From a virus (taxonomy: Duplodnaviria > Caudoviricetes), in IMG/VR virus record IMGVR_UViG_3300032277_000036, positions 1-35,357 of that record: a stretch of 35,357 nt of DNA, one strand, 5' to 3'. The translations under genes were made by a program, and so were the position numbers. The number at the start of each line of letters is the position of its first letter. Positions within the stretch are counted from its first letter, which is position 1. The notes below the pieces were generated by a model, which saw only the letters and a list, made by a program, of their open reading frames with translations, searched no databases and was not told where the DNA came from. This document shows, in pieces, positions 26,070 to 35,357 of this stretch.

Positions 26070-28564
26070 TGGCTATGCCACCTCGCCCAATGGGCAGTTT
26101 AGTAGATTCAGGAGTTGATCTTGAAGCGACCGAAGGTCTTCCCGATGTTGAGGTAGACGTTGTGGAGGCCGCAGATTTCAGCGGCGGAGCGGAAGTCATT
26201 GACGATGGACAGGGTGGAGCGATTGTCCAAGCAATGGGTGAAATGGATGAAGAGGGCGTAGAGGTTGAGATAGTTGACCACACGGCAAACCTTGCGGAGT
26301 TTTTAGATGATGGCACTTTGGGCGAAATTAGCAGCGATTTGGTCGGTCTGTACGAGGAAGATTATGAGTCTCGTAGGGACTGGGAAGAGACTTATAGTAA
26401 GGGTTTGGACTTACTTGGTGTCCAAAACACGGAGCGTTCTGAGCCGTTTGAAGGCGCTAGTGGGGTCACGCACCCGTTAATTAGCGAAAGCGTCACACAG
26501 TTTCAGGCACAGGCATACAAGGAATTGTTACCTGCGGGTGGTCCGGTTCGCACACAGATCATAGGTGTGCAGGATCAGAAGCGTGAGGATCAGGCCCAGC
26601 GTGTAAAGCACTTTATGAATTACCAGATCATGGAGGTGATGGAGGAGTACGATCCCGGGATGGATCAGATGCTGTTTTATCTTCCCTTGTCTGGATCTAC
26701 GTTTAAGAAAGTTTATTTTGATCCACTAAAAGCTCGTGCGGTAGCGGAGTTCGTACCTGCACAGGACGTGGTTGTTTCGTATTCAGCTACGGATTTGGCT
26801 ACGGCCCCACGCGTTACGCATGTCTTAAAGATGACCGACAACGATGTTCGGAAGATGCAATTTTCCGGAGTGTACAAGGACATCGATCTAGGCAGCGCAG
26901 GAGACGCGCAAGAGGATGAGGTAGAGGAGAAGGTCAACAAGCTACAAGGCATCTCACGGAGCTACACAGACGATATCAGGACCATTCTGGAGATGCACTG
27001 TGATCTCGACATCGATGGGTTCGAGGATACGGATCAGATGGGCGAGCCTACGGGTATCAAGTTGCCGTACATTGTTACCATCGACAAAGACAGCGGACAG
27101 GTTTTGGCTATTCGTCGTAACTATGACGAGATTGATCCGATTAAAAAGAAACGCCAGTACTTTGTGCATTACAAATTCTTACCGGGTTTAGGTTTTTACG
27201 GCTTTGGTCTGGTGCATATGATCGGTGGGTTAGGACGTGCAGCTACGAGTATTCTGCGTCAGTTAATTGATGCGGGGACGTTGGCGAACTTACCTGCTGG
27301 GTTTAAAGCCCGTGGAGTTCGAGTGCGCAACGACGATGAGCCGTTGCAGCCCGGAGAGTGGAGGGACATTGATGCTCCCGGTGGGAATATCAGGGACTCA
27401 CTGATACCGCTTCCATACAAGGAGCCGTCAGGAACGCTGGCTCAGTTGTTGGGATCGTTGATCCAAGACGGTCGTCGGTTTGTTTCTATTGCCGATCAGC
27501 AAGTCAATAATATGAATCAGGAAACTCCGGTGGGCACTACGGTAGCCATGCTGGAGCGTGGCATGAAGGTAATGTCCGCTATACACAAGCGGCTGCATTA
27601 TGCACAGAAGAACGAGTTTCGTTTATTGGCTCGCATTTTCAAGGAAAACACGCCACCGGAATACCCATATGACGTTGCGGGTGCGCCTGCCGCGGTTAAG
27701 CAGGAAGACTTTGATGACAGGATCGATGTACTTCCGGTCAGTGATCCAAACATATTCTCCATGGCGCAACGCGTTACGCTGGCCCAGACACAACTCCAAC
27801 TGGCTCAGTCAAATCCACAGATGCACAACCTCCATGCTGCGTATCGACGGATGTATCAGGCGCTCGAGGTCCAGAACATTGAGGAAATCTTACCCCCACC
27901 CCAAGAGCCTCAACCTATGGACCCCGCTATGGAGAATGCCAAGGCGCTTATGGGGGACATTTTACGAGCGTTCCCAGAGCAGAACCACGAGGCGCATATC
28001 GACATCCATATCATGTTTATGAAGACTCCGATTGTGGCTACTTCTCCGCAGATTATGGGATCGTTTATGTCTCACTTGCAGGAGCACGTCAGTATGCTTG
28101 CGAAGAAGCAGGCTATGGACGAGGTCAAGCAGGCATTGAGCGGAGCGAAGATGATGGCGGAAGTAGGTGCAGTAAGCTCGGATTCTGTTGCTCAGTACGA
28201 GAAGCAGTTAGAGGTCGACATGCAAAACCAGCAGGAAGTAGAAAACTTGGTCGTTCTGTATCAGCAGAAGATTATGGCGGATGTGTTGGCAAGGCTGATG
28301 CCCGAGAACCCGAACGAGCCCGATCCTTTGGTAGCCATTCGTATGCAAGAGTTGGAGCTTCGTCGTCAGAAACAAGAGCAAGAGGCGGTAAACGACGCGG
28401 CCAAGCTGGAGTTGGAGACGAACAAAGTCGAGCAGCGTGATCGATTAGACAACGCTCGAATGAGTTTGCAGGAAGAGATTGCGGATGACCGGAACGAAGT
28501 TAACCGGGAGCGCATTGCAGTTAACGCTGAGATCCAGCAGATGGCTATGCAACGGAGGGGATAA
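26069..28564 (+). CDS. Portal protein
   Basis: 831 aa after TerL; [52 protein letters not shown]; coiled-coil tail. Confidence 0.9.
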   Translation: MAMPPRPMGSLVDSGVDLEATEGLPDVEVDVVEAADFSGGAEVIDDGQGGAIVQAMGEMDEEGVEVEIVDHTANLAEFLDDGTLGEISSDLVGLYEEDYESRRDWEETYSKGLDLLGVQNTERSEPFEGASGVTHPLISESVTQFQAQAYKELLPAGGPVRTQIIGVQDQKREDQAQRVKHFMNYQIMEVMEEYDPGMDQMLFYLPLSGSTFKKVYFDPLKARAVAEFVPAQDVVVSYSATDLATAPRVTHVLKMTDNDVRKMQFSGVYKDIDLGSAGDAQEDEVEEKVNKLQGISRSYTDDIRTILEMHCDLDIDGFEDTDQMGEPTGIKLPYIVTIDKDSGQVLAIRRNYDEIDPIKKKRQYFVHYKFLPGLGFYGFGLVHMIGGLGRAATSILRQLIDAGTLANLPAGFKARGVRVRNDDEPLQPGEWRDIDAPGGNIRDSLIPLPYKEPSGTLAQLLGSLIQDGRRFVSIADQQVNNMNQETPVGTTVAMLERGMKVMSAIHKRLHYAQKNEFRLLARIFKENTPPEYPYDVAGAPAAVKQEDFDDRIDVLPVSDPNIFSMAQRVTLAQTQLQLAQSNPQMHNLHAAYRRMYQALEVQNIEEILPPPQEPQPMDPAMENAKALMGDILRAFPEQNHEAHIDIHIMFMKTPIVATSPQIMGSFMSHLQEHVSMLAKKQAMDEVKQALSGAKMMAEVGAVSSDSVAQYEKQLEVDMQNQQEVENLVVLYQQKIMADVLARLMPENPNEPDPLVAIRMQELELRRQKQEQEAVNDAAKLELETNKVEQRDRLDNARMSLQEEIADDRNEVNRERIAVNAEIQQMAMQRRG

Positions 28565-28761
28565 TGCCGCTAAAAAAGGGAAAGTCTCAGGACGTTATCA
28601 GTAAAAACATTGAGGCGGAAATGGACGCTGGCAAGCCTCAAAAACAGGCGGTTGCGATAGCTTTGAGTAAAGCTGGAAAGAGCAAATACGCCAGTGGTGG
28701 CATGGTAAACAGTCGTTTTAGTAAAATTGCTAGACCGCAGAGGTTTGCTGGAGAGTTTTAG
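28564..28761 (+). CDS. Small basic protein ([16 protein letters not shown]...[11 protein letters not shown])
   Basis: Common phage head-region small-protein motif; TAATG coupling. Confidence 0.78.
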   Translation: MPLKKGKSQDVISKNIEAEMDAGKPQKQAVAIALSKAGKSKYASGGMVNSRFSKIARPQRFAGEF

Positions 28762-28940
28762 TGATTTGTGCCCTTACAGCGATTTTGGTGGGCGTATATA
28801 CTTACGGTGATTTATACACTTCTTGCGTGTATCGATGTCCCAAAGAAGTGTCTTTCTTCTATTATCATTATCCTCGTGTTATAAGGGTGCCATATGGGTA
28901 TCGGTGCCCACCTTCTGTAAAGATAGGTGACAAAGTATGA
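28761..28940 (+). CDS. 59-aa Cys-containing small protein (MICALTAILVGVYTYG...CVYRCP...CPPSVKIGDKV)
   Basis: GTG start after GGAG; stop overlaps the next ATG (ATGA). Below the ORF-track cutoff. Confidence 0.55.
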   Translation: MICALTAILVGVYTYGDLYTSCVYRCPKEVSFFYYHYPRVIRVPYGYRCPPSVKIGDKV

Positions 28941-29404
28941 TTGAAGTTTTAGCTTTAGCGGGTGCAGTCACTAAAATAGCGGGAGGCATTAGTTCTGCTG
29001 TTCAAGCTGGCAAAGACCTGAACAGTGTTATGCCTCATTTTGGAAAGTTGGCTAAATTAGAGGCCGACATAGCTATTGCTGAATCAGGTAAGCACAAAGG
29101 TCCGCTTGGAAGATTAACATCTAGCGAAGAAGAAGGTTTTGCTATTGCTCAAGCCAAGATGGCGCACAAGGAAGCAATGGAAACTCTTCGCAGCCATTGC
29201 CGTTTATATGGGCCTCCGGGCATGTGGGACTTGGTTGTGCGTGAGCAAGCCGAAGCGAGAAAACGACAGAAAGAAGCCTTGGAAGCCCAAGCCGCTGCTA
29301 GAGACAGATTGTTCTGGGGTATTTCATTGGCGATAGGGGTTTTAATTTTTGTTGGTGGAACTGCGGCAATGATTTGGGGTGTAGATCGGTTGGCGAATGG
29401 GTGA
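28937..29404 (+). CDS. Hypothetical membrane-anchored protein
   Basis: Coiled coil followed by C-terminal TM LFWGISLAIGVLIFVGGTAAMIWG. Confidence 0.75.
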   Translation: MIEVLALAGAVTKIAGGISSAVQAGKDLNSVMPHFGKLAKLEADIAIAESGKHKGPLGRLTSSEEEGFAIAQAKMAHKEAMETLRSHCRLYGPPGMWDLVVREQAEARKRQKEALEAQAAARDRLFWGISLAIGVLIFVGGTAAMIWGVDRLANG

Positions 29405-29538
29405 CATTATACAAGAATATACTAGGGAAATACGTTGTGTGTGACAAAGCTGGGAAAATCATTATAATAACGCATCACCACGGCATAGCAAAAGCGTGGT
29501 TGGAAAAGGGAAAGCGTGATGGCAACAAAGCTGGATGA
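29401..29538 (+). CDS. 45-aa small protein (MTLYKNILGKYVVCDKAGKIIIIT...)
   Basis: GTGA overlap with the previous stop; fills the gap to the next gene. Confidence 0.5.
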   Translation: MTLYKNILGKYVVCDKAGKIIIITHHHGIAKAWLEKGKRDGNKAG

Positions 29539-29713
29539 ATGGAAGGTTCTGCCGCGTTTGATGATGCTGGTGACATCCATTATGTATATACGGTGCCTAG
29601 AATGGGCATTATCCCAACCTGACCTATCGGTATCACAGGCGGGTCTAATATCAGTTGTAACTGGGGCTTTCACGGGAAGTTTCGGCATCTGGATGGGTAA
29701 GGAGTCTAAGTAA
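29519..29713 (+). CDS. Two-TM holin/antiholin-like protein
   Basis: LDEWKVLPRLMML...; two hydrophobic helices; next to the endolysin cassette. Confidence 0.6.
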   Translation: MATKLDEWKVLPRLMMLVTSIMYIRCLEWALSQPDLSVSQAGLISVVTGAFTGSFGIWMGKESK

Positions 29714-30096
29714 TGTTACAAGCACTTATAGGTCCAGTGGCAAACCTCGCAGGCTCTTGGTTGCAGGGTAAAGCGGATAAGAACGCTGCCCATGCGGAGC
29801 TAAAGCTAACTGAGGCGAAGGCGAAAGCCCAGATATTGTTGTCTGAAAAGACAAGCGTTGCTGACTGGGAGCGCATCATGGCGGAGGGCGCAAAATCAAG
29901 CTGGAAAGACGAATGGTTCGTAGTAATTCTGTCTATCCCATTGATTTTGTGCTGGATTCCGGGCGCGGAAGGCTGGGTTGACCGTGGGTTTGCGCAGCTT
30001 TCAAAAGCTCCGGACTGGTATTTTTACAGCCTTGGAATTGCAATTTCAGCCAGTTTTGGTGTGCGTGGGGCACAGGCATTTTTTAAGAGGAAGTAA
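29713..30096 (+). CDS. Putative holin (3TM-type)
   Basis: SSWKDEWFVVILSIPLIL...PDWYFYSLGIAISASFGVR; basic C-terminus; directly precedes the endolysin. Confidence 0.7.
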   Translation: MLQALIGPVANLAGSWLQGKADKNAAHAELKLTEAKAKAQILLSEKTSVADWERIMAEGAKSSWKDEWFVVILSIPLILCWIPGAEGWVDRGFAQLSKAPDWYFYSLGIAISASFGVRGAQAFFKRK

Positions 30097-30097
30097 C

Positions 30098-30562
30098 ATG
30101 AGCGAGTTTAAGTTAAGCCAGCGTAGTCTGGACCGTATCGAAGGCATTGATGAAGAGCTTCATGCGCTTGTATGTGCCGCTATTCATAATACACCATATG
30201 ATTTTGGTATTCCGCATTTAGGCGGTCTTCGCACTATTGAAGAACAGCGCAAACTAAAAGAATCCGGTGCATCAAAGACCATGAAAAGCAAACATCTTGA
30301 AGGTGATGCTTTTGATTTTATGGTTTTTCTTGGGCCTAGAGTTTGTTGGGAACTAAAGTTCTACGATGATGTTGGCGATGCTATTGTGAAAACGGCTAAG
30401 GATATGGGCATTAAGCAACTTAAATGGGGAGGGGCTTGGCATATCGACAACATCCTAGACTGGGATGGTACGATGTTAGAGGCGTACAATGATTACGTTA
30501 AGTTACGGGTGTCGCAGAACCGCACACCGTTTGTAGACATGCCCCACTTTCAAAAAGGATAA
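30098..30562 (+). CDS. Endolysin, peptidase M15 family (L-Ala-D-Glu peptidase-like)
   Basis: FKLSQRSLDRIEG, GLRTIEEQ, SKHLEGDAFD, WGGAW, DMPHFQ; ATG 30098 after GAGG. Confidence 0.88.
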   Translation: MSEFKLSQRSLDRIEGIDEELHALVCAAIHNTPYDFGIPHLGGLRTIEEQRKLKESGASKTMKSKHLEGDAFDFMVFLGPRVCWELKFYDDVGDAIVKTAKDMGIKQLKWGGAWHIDNILDWDGTMLEAYNDYVKLRVSQNRTPFVDMPHFQKG

Positions 30563-30567
30563 TTGTT

Positions 30568-31218
30568 ATGATTTCTAAAGCTACTGAGAAGGCCATCGAA
30601 GACGCAGTGTCCGAAGCTGCGAGCGACGATAAGAAAAACCCTACTTCTCGTTATAACACGCAGAAGGGCCGTAATAACACGGCAAAGTATGGCAGGAAAG
30701 CTAAGAAGAAGCTGCCTAGCACACCTAAGATAAAAAAGGATCCTAAATCCCCCAAAGGATTTAAGAGCAGCAAAATTCCGGACACACTAGAGTCTGGTAG
30801 CTCTATGGGCGTAGGCACTGATCCTACTAAATTTGGGGTAGGGGTTCGTGTCGGAGAAAGAAATCGTATGGGTGACACCGTACCGAAGTTTGCTACGGGC
30901 GGAGAGGTTCGTGAAGACAGGAAAGCTAAGAAGAAGCTGCCGAAGACTCCGAAGCTGCCCAAGGATCCAAAAACGCCTACTTCGATGGGCGACAAAAAAC
31001 TATTCCAACTTCCGTACAAAAGAAAGATTTCAAAAAAACTAGGCACTAAAGAATTGCCTGTTGGAAAACCAGTGCCTGATAGCATGTTACCTCCCATGTT
31101 AAGTACCCGTAAAAACGGTAAAGGAACTCGTGAAAACTTTGAGGGTAGCTTTAGATCAGGCGGCGAAGTCCGCGTTGCGGATGTTCGTGATAACCCTAAA
31201 CGTGGGAAGTGTTACTAA
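30568..31218 (+). CDS. Lys/Pro-rich basic protein with internal duplication
   Basis: RKAKKKLP[S/K]TPK..KDPK[S/T]P twice; identical 24-nt DNA repeat at 30693-30716 and 30918-30941. Confidence 0.75.
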   Translation: MISKATEKAIEDAVSEAASDDKKNPTSRYNTQKGRNNTAKYGRKAKKKLPSTPKIKKDPKSPKGFKSSKIPDTLESGSSMGVGTDPTKFGVGVRVGERNRMGDTVPKFATGGEVREDRKAKKKLPKTPKLPKDPKTPTSMGDKKLFQLPYKRKISKKLGTKELPVGKPVPDSMLPPMLSTRKNGKGTRENFEGSFRSGGEVRVADVRDNPKRGKCY

Positions 31219-31595
31219 TGACTACGATTATGATCAGTGTGCTTCCTGACGGGATGCCTGTAGATAAAATGGAGAGCGACGACGACGGCAAGAGTTGTCC
31301 GCTCCCAACGCAAGATGACGAGCTAAACGCCGCTAATCGTGAGATAGCGGTTGAGGAGTATGGGTATCGTGAGCCTAATACTAGCTCGGCATTTCGCAAT
31401 GACGAAAGCTGCGGGACGTGTGGAATGTACAACCAGACCGAGGATATGCAAGATTGCATTGGAGACGAGTCTGGGGACACGGGCTATTGCCAACTACTCA
31501 AGTTTGTGTGTAGTAGTGAAAACACATGCAACGAGTGGGTAGAAGGTGGTCCAATCACATCTGACCTACAAGAGGAATACAAGGATATCCTATAA
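31218..31595 (+). CDS. Acidic Cys-rich protein (possible metal/Fe-S binding)
   Basis: CGTC...C...GYC...C...TCNEW; TAATG coupling at 31218. Confidence 0.72.
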   Translation: MTTIMISVLPDGMPVDKMESDDDGKSCPLPTQDDELNAANREIAVEEYGYREPNTSSAFRNDESCGTCGMYNQTEDMQDCIGDESGDTGYCQLLKFVCSSENTCNEWVEGGPITSDLQEEYKDIL

Positions 31596-31807
31596 TGGAT
31601 GTTGTCGACTTCGCAAAATATGTGTATAGGTTGTTGAGAGAGCGTGAAGAAGACATTGCTCGCTCTTTAGCCAACGGGTCTGCTAAAGACTGGGAGACCT
31701 ATAAAATGATGGTGGGAGAGATACGGGGACTCTCTTTTGCTAAAGAAGAAATGAAGTCCCTGCTGGAGAGAAACGCTGACGATGTCGAAGACCTTATATC
31801 TTCCTGA
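31595..31807 (+). CDS. Conserved hypothetical protein (YKMMVGEIRGL motif)
   Basis: 70 aa, directly upstream of GroES. Confidence 0.75.
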   Translation: MDVVDFAKYVYRLLREREEDIARSLANGSAKDWETYKMMVGEIRGLSFAKEEMKSLLERNADDVEDLISS

Positions 31808-32261
31808 TCACGTCGCGCAGAAAATAAATAAGGAAAAAAGCTCTGACACGTCAGACGGTCCTTCTTTAGAAAGCGCGTACATTAACGCTGACGAGCGGGT
31901 GTTAGATCCCTCGCTCCTCGAAAAGCCCCTTCTTGAAAGATTACCGCAGCCTACAGGATGGCGTATGCTGGTAATGCCTTATCAGGGGAAACTCAAAACA
32001 AAAGGCGGCATTCACTTACCTGACGAAGTTCGGGAAAGAGAATCTGTAGCTACGGTTGTTGCATATGTCTTGAAGCTAGGGCCGTTGGCCTATGGTGACA
32101 AAGACAAGTTTGGCGAGCCGTGGTGCAAAGAAGGACAGTGGGTTTGCATCGGTCGCTACTCAGGTTCTCGATTTAAGATCGAGGGTGGAGAGGTCCGGAT
32201 TATTAACGACGACGAAGTAATTGCAACCCTAATGGAGCCCGATGATGTCAAACATGTCTGA
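31782..32261 (+). CDS. groES: Co-chaperonin GroES-like protein
   Basis: PTGWRMLV, KTKGGIHLPD, VLKLGPLAY, GRYSG, RIINDDEVIA. Confidence 0.88.
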   Translation: MSKTLYLPDHVAQKINKEKSSDTSDGPSLESAYINADERVLDPSLLEKPLLERLPQPTGWRMLVMPYQGKLKTKGGIHLPDEVRERESVATVVAYVLKLGPLAYGDKDKFGEPWCKEGQWVCIGRYSGSRFKIEGGEVRIINDDEVIATLMEPDDVKHV

Positions 32262-33180
32262 AGAAACTGAAACCGAAGAGATTGAAGTAGAGATTGAAGA
32301 CATCGCTTCGGAAGAGCCTGCAAAAGAGGCGGCTCCTGAACCAGAGGTATCTGTTCAGGAAGAGCCTGAACCGCAGCAGGTTGAGGCCGCGGAGGATAGC
32401 GAAGAGTTAAACGACTATAGCAAGGGTGTTCAAAAGCGAATTAAAAAGCTGACGGACAAGTATCGCAAAGAAGAGCGCGATAAGCAGGAAGCCTTGCGGC
32501 TATCTTCACAGTTAATGGAAGAGAATAAGAAGATGAAGGATCGTCTTCGGCTTCTCGACCGAGGATATGTGCAAGAATACGGCAATCGTTTAAACATCGA
32601 GATGAACTCTGCAAAGATCCAGTACAAGGATGCAGCGGATCGAGGTGACAGCGATAAGATGCTGGAGGCGCAAGAAAAGCTGTCTCGTTTAAACAACGAG
32701 ATGGAGCGTCATCGTCAGGCGAAAGCGCGGGTTGAACGTGAGGCTAAACAGCCGCAGCAACCTCCATTGCAGCCGGGACAACCTGTTGCGCAAGCACAAC
32801 CAGCCCCACAACAGCAGGCTCCGCAACCGGATCCAAAAGCTGTGGCGTGGGCAGAGAAAAACGAATGGTTTGGCACGGATAGATTACTTACATCTGCCAC
32901 ATATGCCATCCATGCAACACTTGTCGAAGATGAGGGGTTTGACCCGAACGGCGATGAGTACTATACTGAAATTGACCGTCGTCTTCGTTCGGAGTTTCCG
33001 AACAAGTTTCAAACGGTTAAGAAGTCGGGAAGTGGAGCACCTGTCGCCTCGGGGAACTCCTCTGCATCTCGCAGCACTAAACAGGGGCGCAGGTCGGTGA
33101 AGCTAACGCATTCTCAAGTTGCGATTGCAAAGAAGCTAGGCGTACCGCTTGAGGAATACGCAAAGTTTGTAAAGGATTGA
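32254..33180 (+). CDS. Putative capsid scaffolding protein
   Basis: Acidic N-terminus, long coiled coil, C-terminal AKKLGVPLEEYAK; upstream of the capsid genes. Confidence 0.75.
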   Translation: MSEETETEEIEVEIEDIASEEPAKEAAPEPEVSVQEEPEPQQVEAAEDSEELNDYSKGVQKRIKKLTDKYRKEERDKQEALRLSSQLMEENKKMKDRLRLLDRGYVQEYGNRLNIEMNSAKIQYKDAADRGDSDKMLEAQEKLSRLNNEMERHRQAKARVEREAKQPQQPPLQPGQPVAQAQPAPQQQAPQPDPKAVAWAEKNEWFGTDRLLTSATYAIHATLVEDEGFDPNGDEYYTEIDRRLRSEFPNKFQTVKKSGSGAPVASGNSSASRSTKQGRRSVKLTHSQVAIAKKLGVPLEEYAKFVKD

Positions 33181-33184
33181 GAAT

Positions 33185-33643
33185 ATGGCTAATAGATCAC
33201 CACGCAAGACTACAACGCGGGACACAGACTCGCGCAGAAAACCATGGGCACCGCCCAGTCACCTTGAAGCACCTACGCCACCAGATGGGTATGTGCATCG
33301 TTGGATACGAGTTGCAATGCGAGGCGAAGAGGACAAAATGAATGTCAATGCCAAGCTGCGTGAAGGATGGGAACCTGTCCGGAAAGATGAGTATCCAGAC
33401 TATGAGGCTCCGACTATTGACGATGGTCGATATGAGGGCGTTATAGGTCAAGGCGGATTGATGCTGTGTCGACTCCCTGTTGAAACGGCTCACGAAAGAA
33501 CTGAATATTACGGGGGCAGAACCCGCGAACAGATGACTGCCGTAGATCAGGACCTTATGAAGGAACAACATCCTTCGATGCCGATAACTAATAGTCGGCA
33601 AAGTCGTGTATCGTTCGGAGGTTCTCGTAGAGACTCCGACTAA
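33185..33643 (+). CDS. Conserved hypothetical head-region protein
   Basis: PPDGYVHRWIR...LREGWEPV...GGLMLC motif. Confidence 0.78.
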   Translation: MANRSPRKTTTRDTDSRRKPWAPPSHLEAPTPPDGYVHRWIRVAMRGEEDKMNVNAKLREGWEPVRKDEYPDYEAPTIDDGRYEGVIGQGGLMLCRLPVETAHERTEYYGGRTREQMTAVDQDLMKEQHPSMPITNSRQSRVSFGGSRRDSD

Positions 33644-33662
33644 TTGAAAGAGGATTGCTACT

Positions 33663-34298
33663 ATGGCAAACACTAACGGTGCCTTCGGACTTCGTCCGAT
33701 TGGTGTAGTCGGTCAGGCTGCAAACACCACTGGTGCGACCGAGTATCGTATCGCCTCTGGAAACACTAACGCGATTTACCAAGGTTCACCCGTAATACCG
33801 CTGTCAACAGGCTTTATTGATATTGTTGGCGCGGCTGCTGGTGGAACGGTAGGTTTACTTGGTGTGTTCTGGGGATGCGAATATGTATCGTCGACCACTG
33901 GTGAGAAAGTTTTCTCAAACTACTGGCCCGGGTCAGGCGCGGATTCTAATCATCCCGTCAAAGCCTTCGTGTATGACAACCCAATGCAGACATTTGTTAT
34001 CTGCTCAGACGCTTCACTGACTAGCGAAGCAACTGCGCAGGGTCATGTGTTCGCAAACGCAAACTTTGCGGCTGCTACTTCAGGCACTACAGCCTCTGGT
34101 ATTTCATCTGCTAAGTTGGGTGTTAGCACAATCGCCACCACTGCTGCATTGCAACTGCGCATCATGGGCATCCAAGATGACCCTGAGAACAGTGACTTCA
34201 CAGCGGCTGGTATCCCTGTAATTGTTCGATTGAATAACAGCTTCAACTCCGCCAACGGTGCGATTGTTGCTGGTACTCCGTCGACTACTGGCGTTTAA
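33663..34298 (+). CDS. Putative capsid decoration/cement protein
   Basis: MANTNGAFGLRP start, Ala/Gly/Thr-rich, immediately upstream of the MCP. Confidence 0.68.
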   Translation: MANTNGAFGLRPIGVVGQAANTTGATEYRIASGNTNAIYQGSPVIPLSTGFIDIVGAAAGGTVGLLGVFWGCEYVSSTTGEKVFSNYWPGSGADSNHPVKAFVYDNPMQTFVICSDASLTSEATAQGHVFANANFAAATSGTTASGISSAKLGVSTIATTAALQLRIMGIQDDPENSDFTAAGIPVIVRLNNSFNSANGAIVAGTPSTTGV

Positions 34299-34311
34299 GG
34301 AGGTCTAAAGA

Positions 34312-35223
34312 ATGGCTATTTCTCGCGCACAACTAGCGAAAGAGCTAGAACCGGGCCTCAACGCGCTGTTTGGTATGGAGTACTCTCGGTACGAAAACCA
34401 ACACGCGGAAATCTACACAACGGAATCTTCAGATAGAGCATTTGAAGAGGAAGTAATGTTGAGTGGGTTCGGCGCAGCACCAACCAAATCGGAAGGTTCT
34501 GCCGTCAATTTTGACGAAGCTAACGAAGCATATACTGCTCGTTATAACCACGAAACAATCGCGCTTGCGTTCTCTATAACGGAAGAAGCGATTGAAGACA
34601 ACCTCTACGACCGTCTCGGTTCACGCTATACGAAGGCGCTTGCGCGTTCTATGGCTCACACCAAGCAGGTTAAAGCTGCATCTGTGTTGAACACTGCGTT
34701 CACTGCTGGTGCAACTGCTGGTGGTGACGGTGTTGCACTTTGTGCGACAGACCACCCGCTAACCAACGGTGGTACGTTTGCTAACGAACCAACAACTGCG
34801 GCTGACTTGAACGAGACTTCTTTGGAAGACGCGTTGATCAGCATTGCTGGTTTCGTTGACGAGCGTGGGTTGAAGGTCGCCCTGCGCGGCACCAAGTTGG
34901 TCATTCCACGTCAACTGCAATTCGTTGCAGAGCGTTTGATGGTTTCAAACTTGCGTGTTGGCACAGCGGACAACGACACTAACGCCATCCGGTCAATGGG
35001 TATGTTGCCAAACGGTTATGCCGTTAACGACTTCCTGACTGATCCAGATGCGTTCTTCGTCATGACCGACGCACCTCGTGGTTTTGTCCACTTCGAGCGT
35101 TCTGCTCTGTCCACTAACATGGAAGCAGACTTCGACACTGGCAACATGCGCTTTAAGGCTCGTGAACGCTACAGCTTCGGCTTCAGCGATCCACGCGCAG
35201 TATTCGGTTCACCCGGAGCGTAA
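34312..35223 (+). CDS. Major capsid protein
   Basis: MAISRAQLAKELEPGLNALFG...ITEEAIEDNLY...KARERYSFGFSDPR; TAAGGAGG RBS; followed by a strong terminator. Confidence 0.9.
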   Translation: MAISRAQLAKELEPGLNALFGMEYSRYENQHAEIYTTESSDRAFEEEVMLSGFGAAPTKSEGSAVNFDEANEAYTARYNHETIALAFSITEEAIEDNLYDRLGSRYTKALARSMAHTKQVKAASVLNTAFTAGATAGGDGVALCATDHPLTNGGTFANEPTTAADLNETSLEDALISIAGFVDERGLKVALRGTKLVIPRQLQFVAERLMVSNLRVGTADNDTNAIRSMGMLPNGYAVNDFLTDPDAFFVMTDAPRGFVHFERSALSTNMEADFDTGNMRFKARERYSFGFSDPRAVFGSPGA

Positions 35224-35272
35224 AACGTGCTATAGTCTGGGAGGGTACTTTCATATACCTCCTCCCAAACTG

Positions 35273-35303
35273 GGGGCTACTTCGGTAGCCCCTTTCTTTT
35301 TTT
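35273..35303 (+). terminator. Rho-independent terminator after the MCP
   Basis: GGGGCTAC-TTCG-GTAGCCCC followed by TTTCTTTTTTT. Confidence 0.9.
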
Positions 35304-35357
35304 GTCTGGTGTGATATTCTACATCTGGAGCAATAATGCTCGGTATAGATTTCATGG

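Noticed and set aside
1-35357. Alternative genetic code or stop-codon reassignment
   Set aside because: Core genes are intact and densely packed under the standard bacterial code.

Overview
A ~35 kb segment of a tailed dsDNA phage (podovirus-like). From memory, the gene set resembles marine alphaproteobacterial HTVC023P/CRP-901-type phages; this was not verified by search. Left: a leftward replication module (family A DNA polymerase with Leu at the 762-equivalent position, UvrD-like helicase, AlpA-like regulator, AEP primase, SSB) and a divergent SNF2-like helicase. Middle: two leftward clusters of small hypothetical genes, a quasi-palindromic origin-like region at ~12.2-12.5 kb, terminase small subunit and a PD-(D/E)XK nuclease. 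Right: HNH, GNAT, a 2191-aa LysM/ART-like/repeat protein, a second LysM protein, terminase large subunit, portal, lysis genes, GroES, scaffold and major capsid protein. The most striking unexplained feature is a ~0.9 kb non-coding block (15237-16200). Its + strand folds into a ~345-nt branched foldback plus a second ~315-nt multi-hairpin domain, with many GNA triloops and tandem G.A pairs, which are typical of ssDNA structure. It sits directly upstream of a small-gene operon, reminiscent of the ssDNA promoters/priming signals of plasmid leading regions. All pairings were read by eye; no folding or database searches were run.
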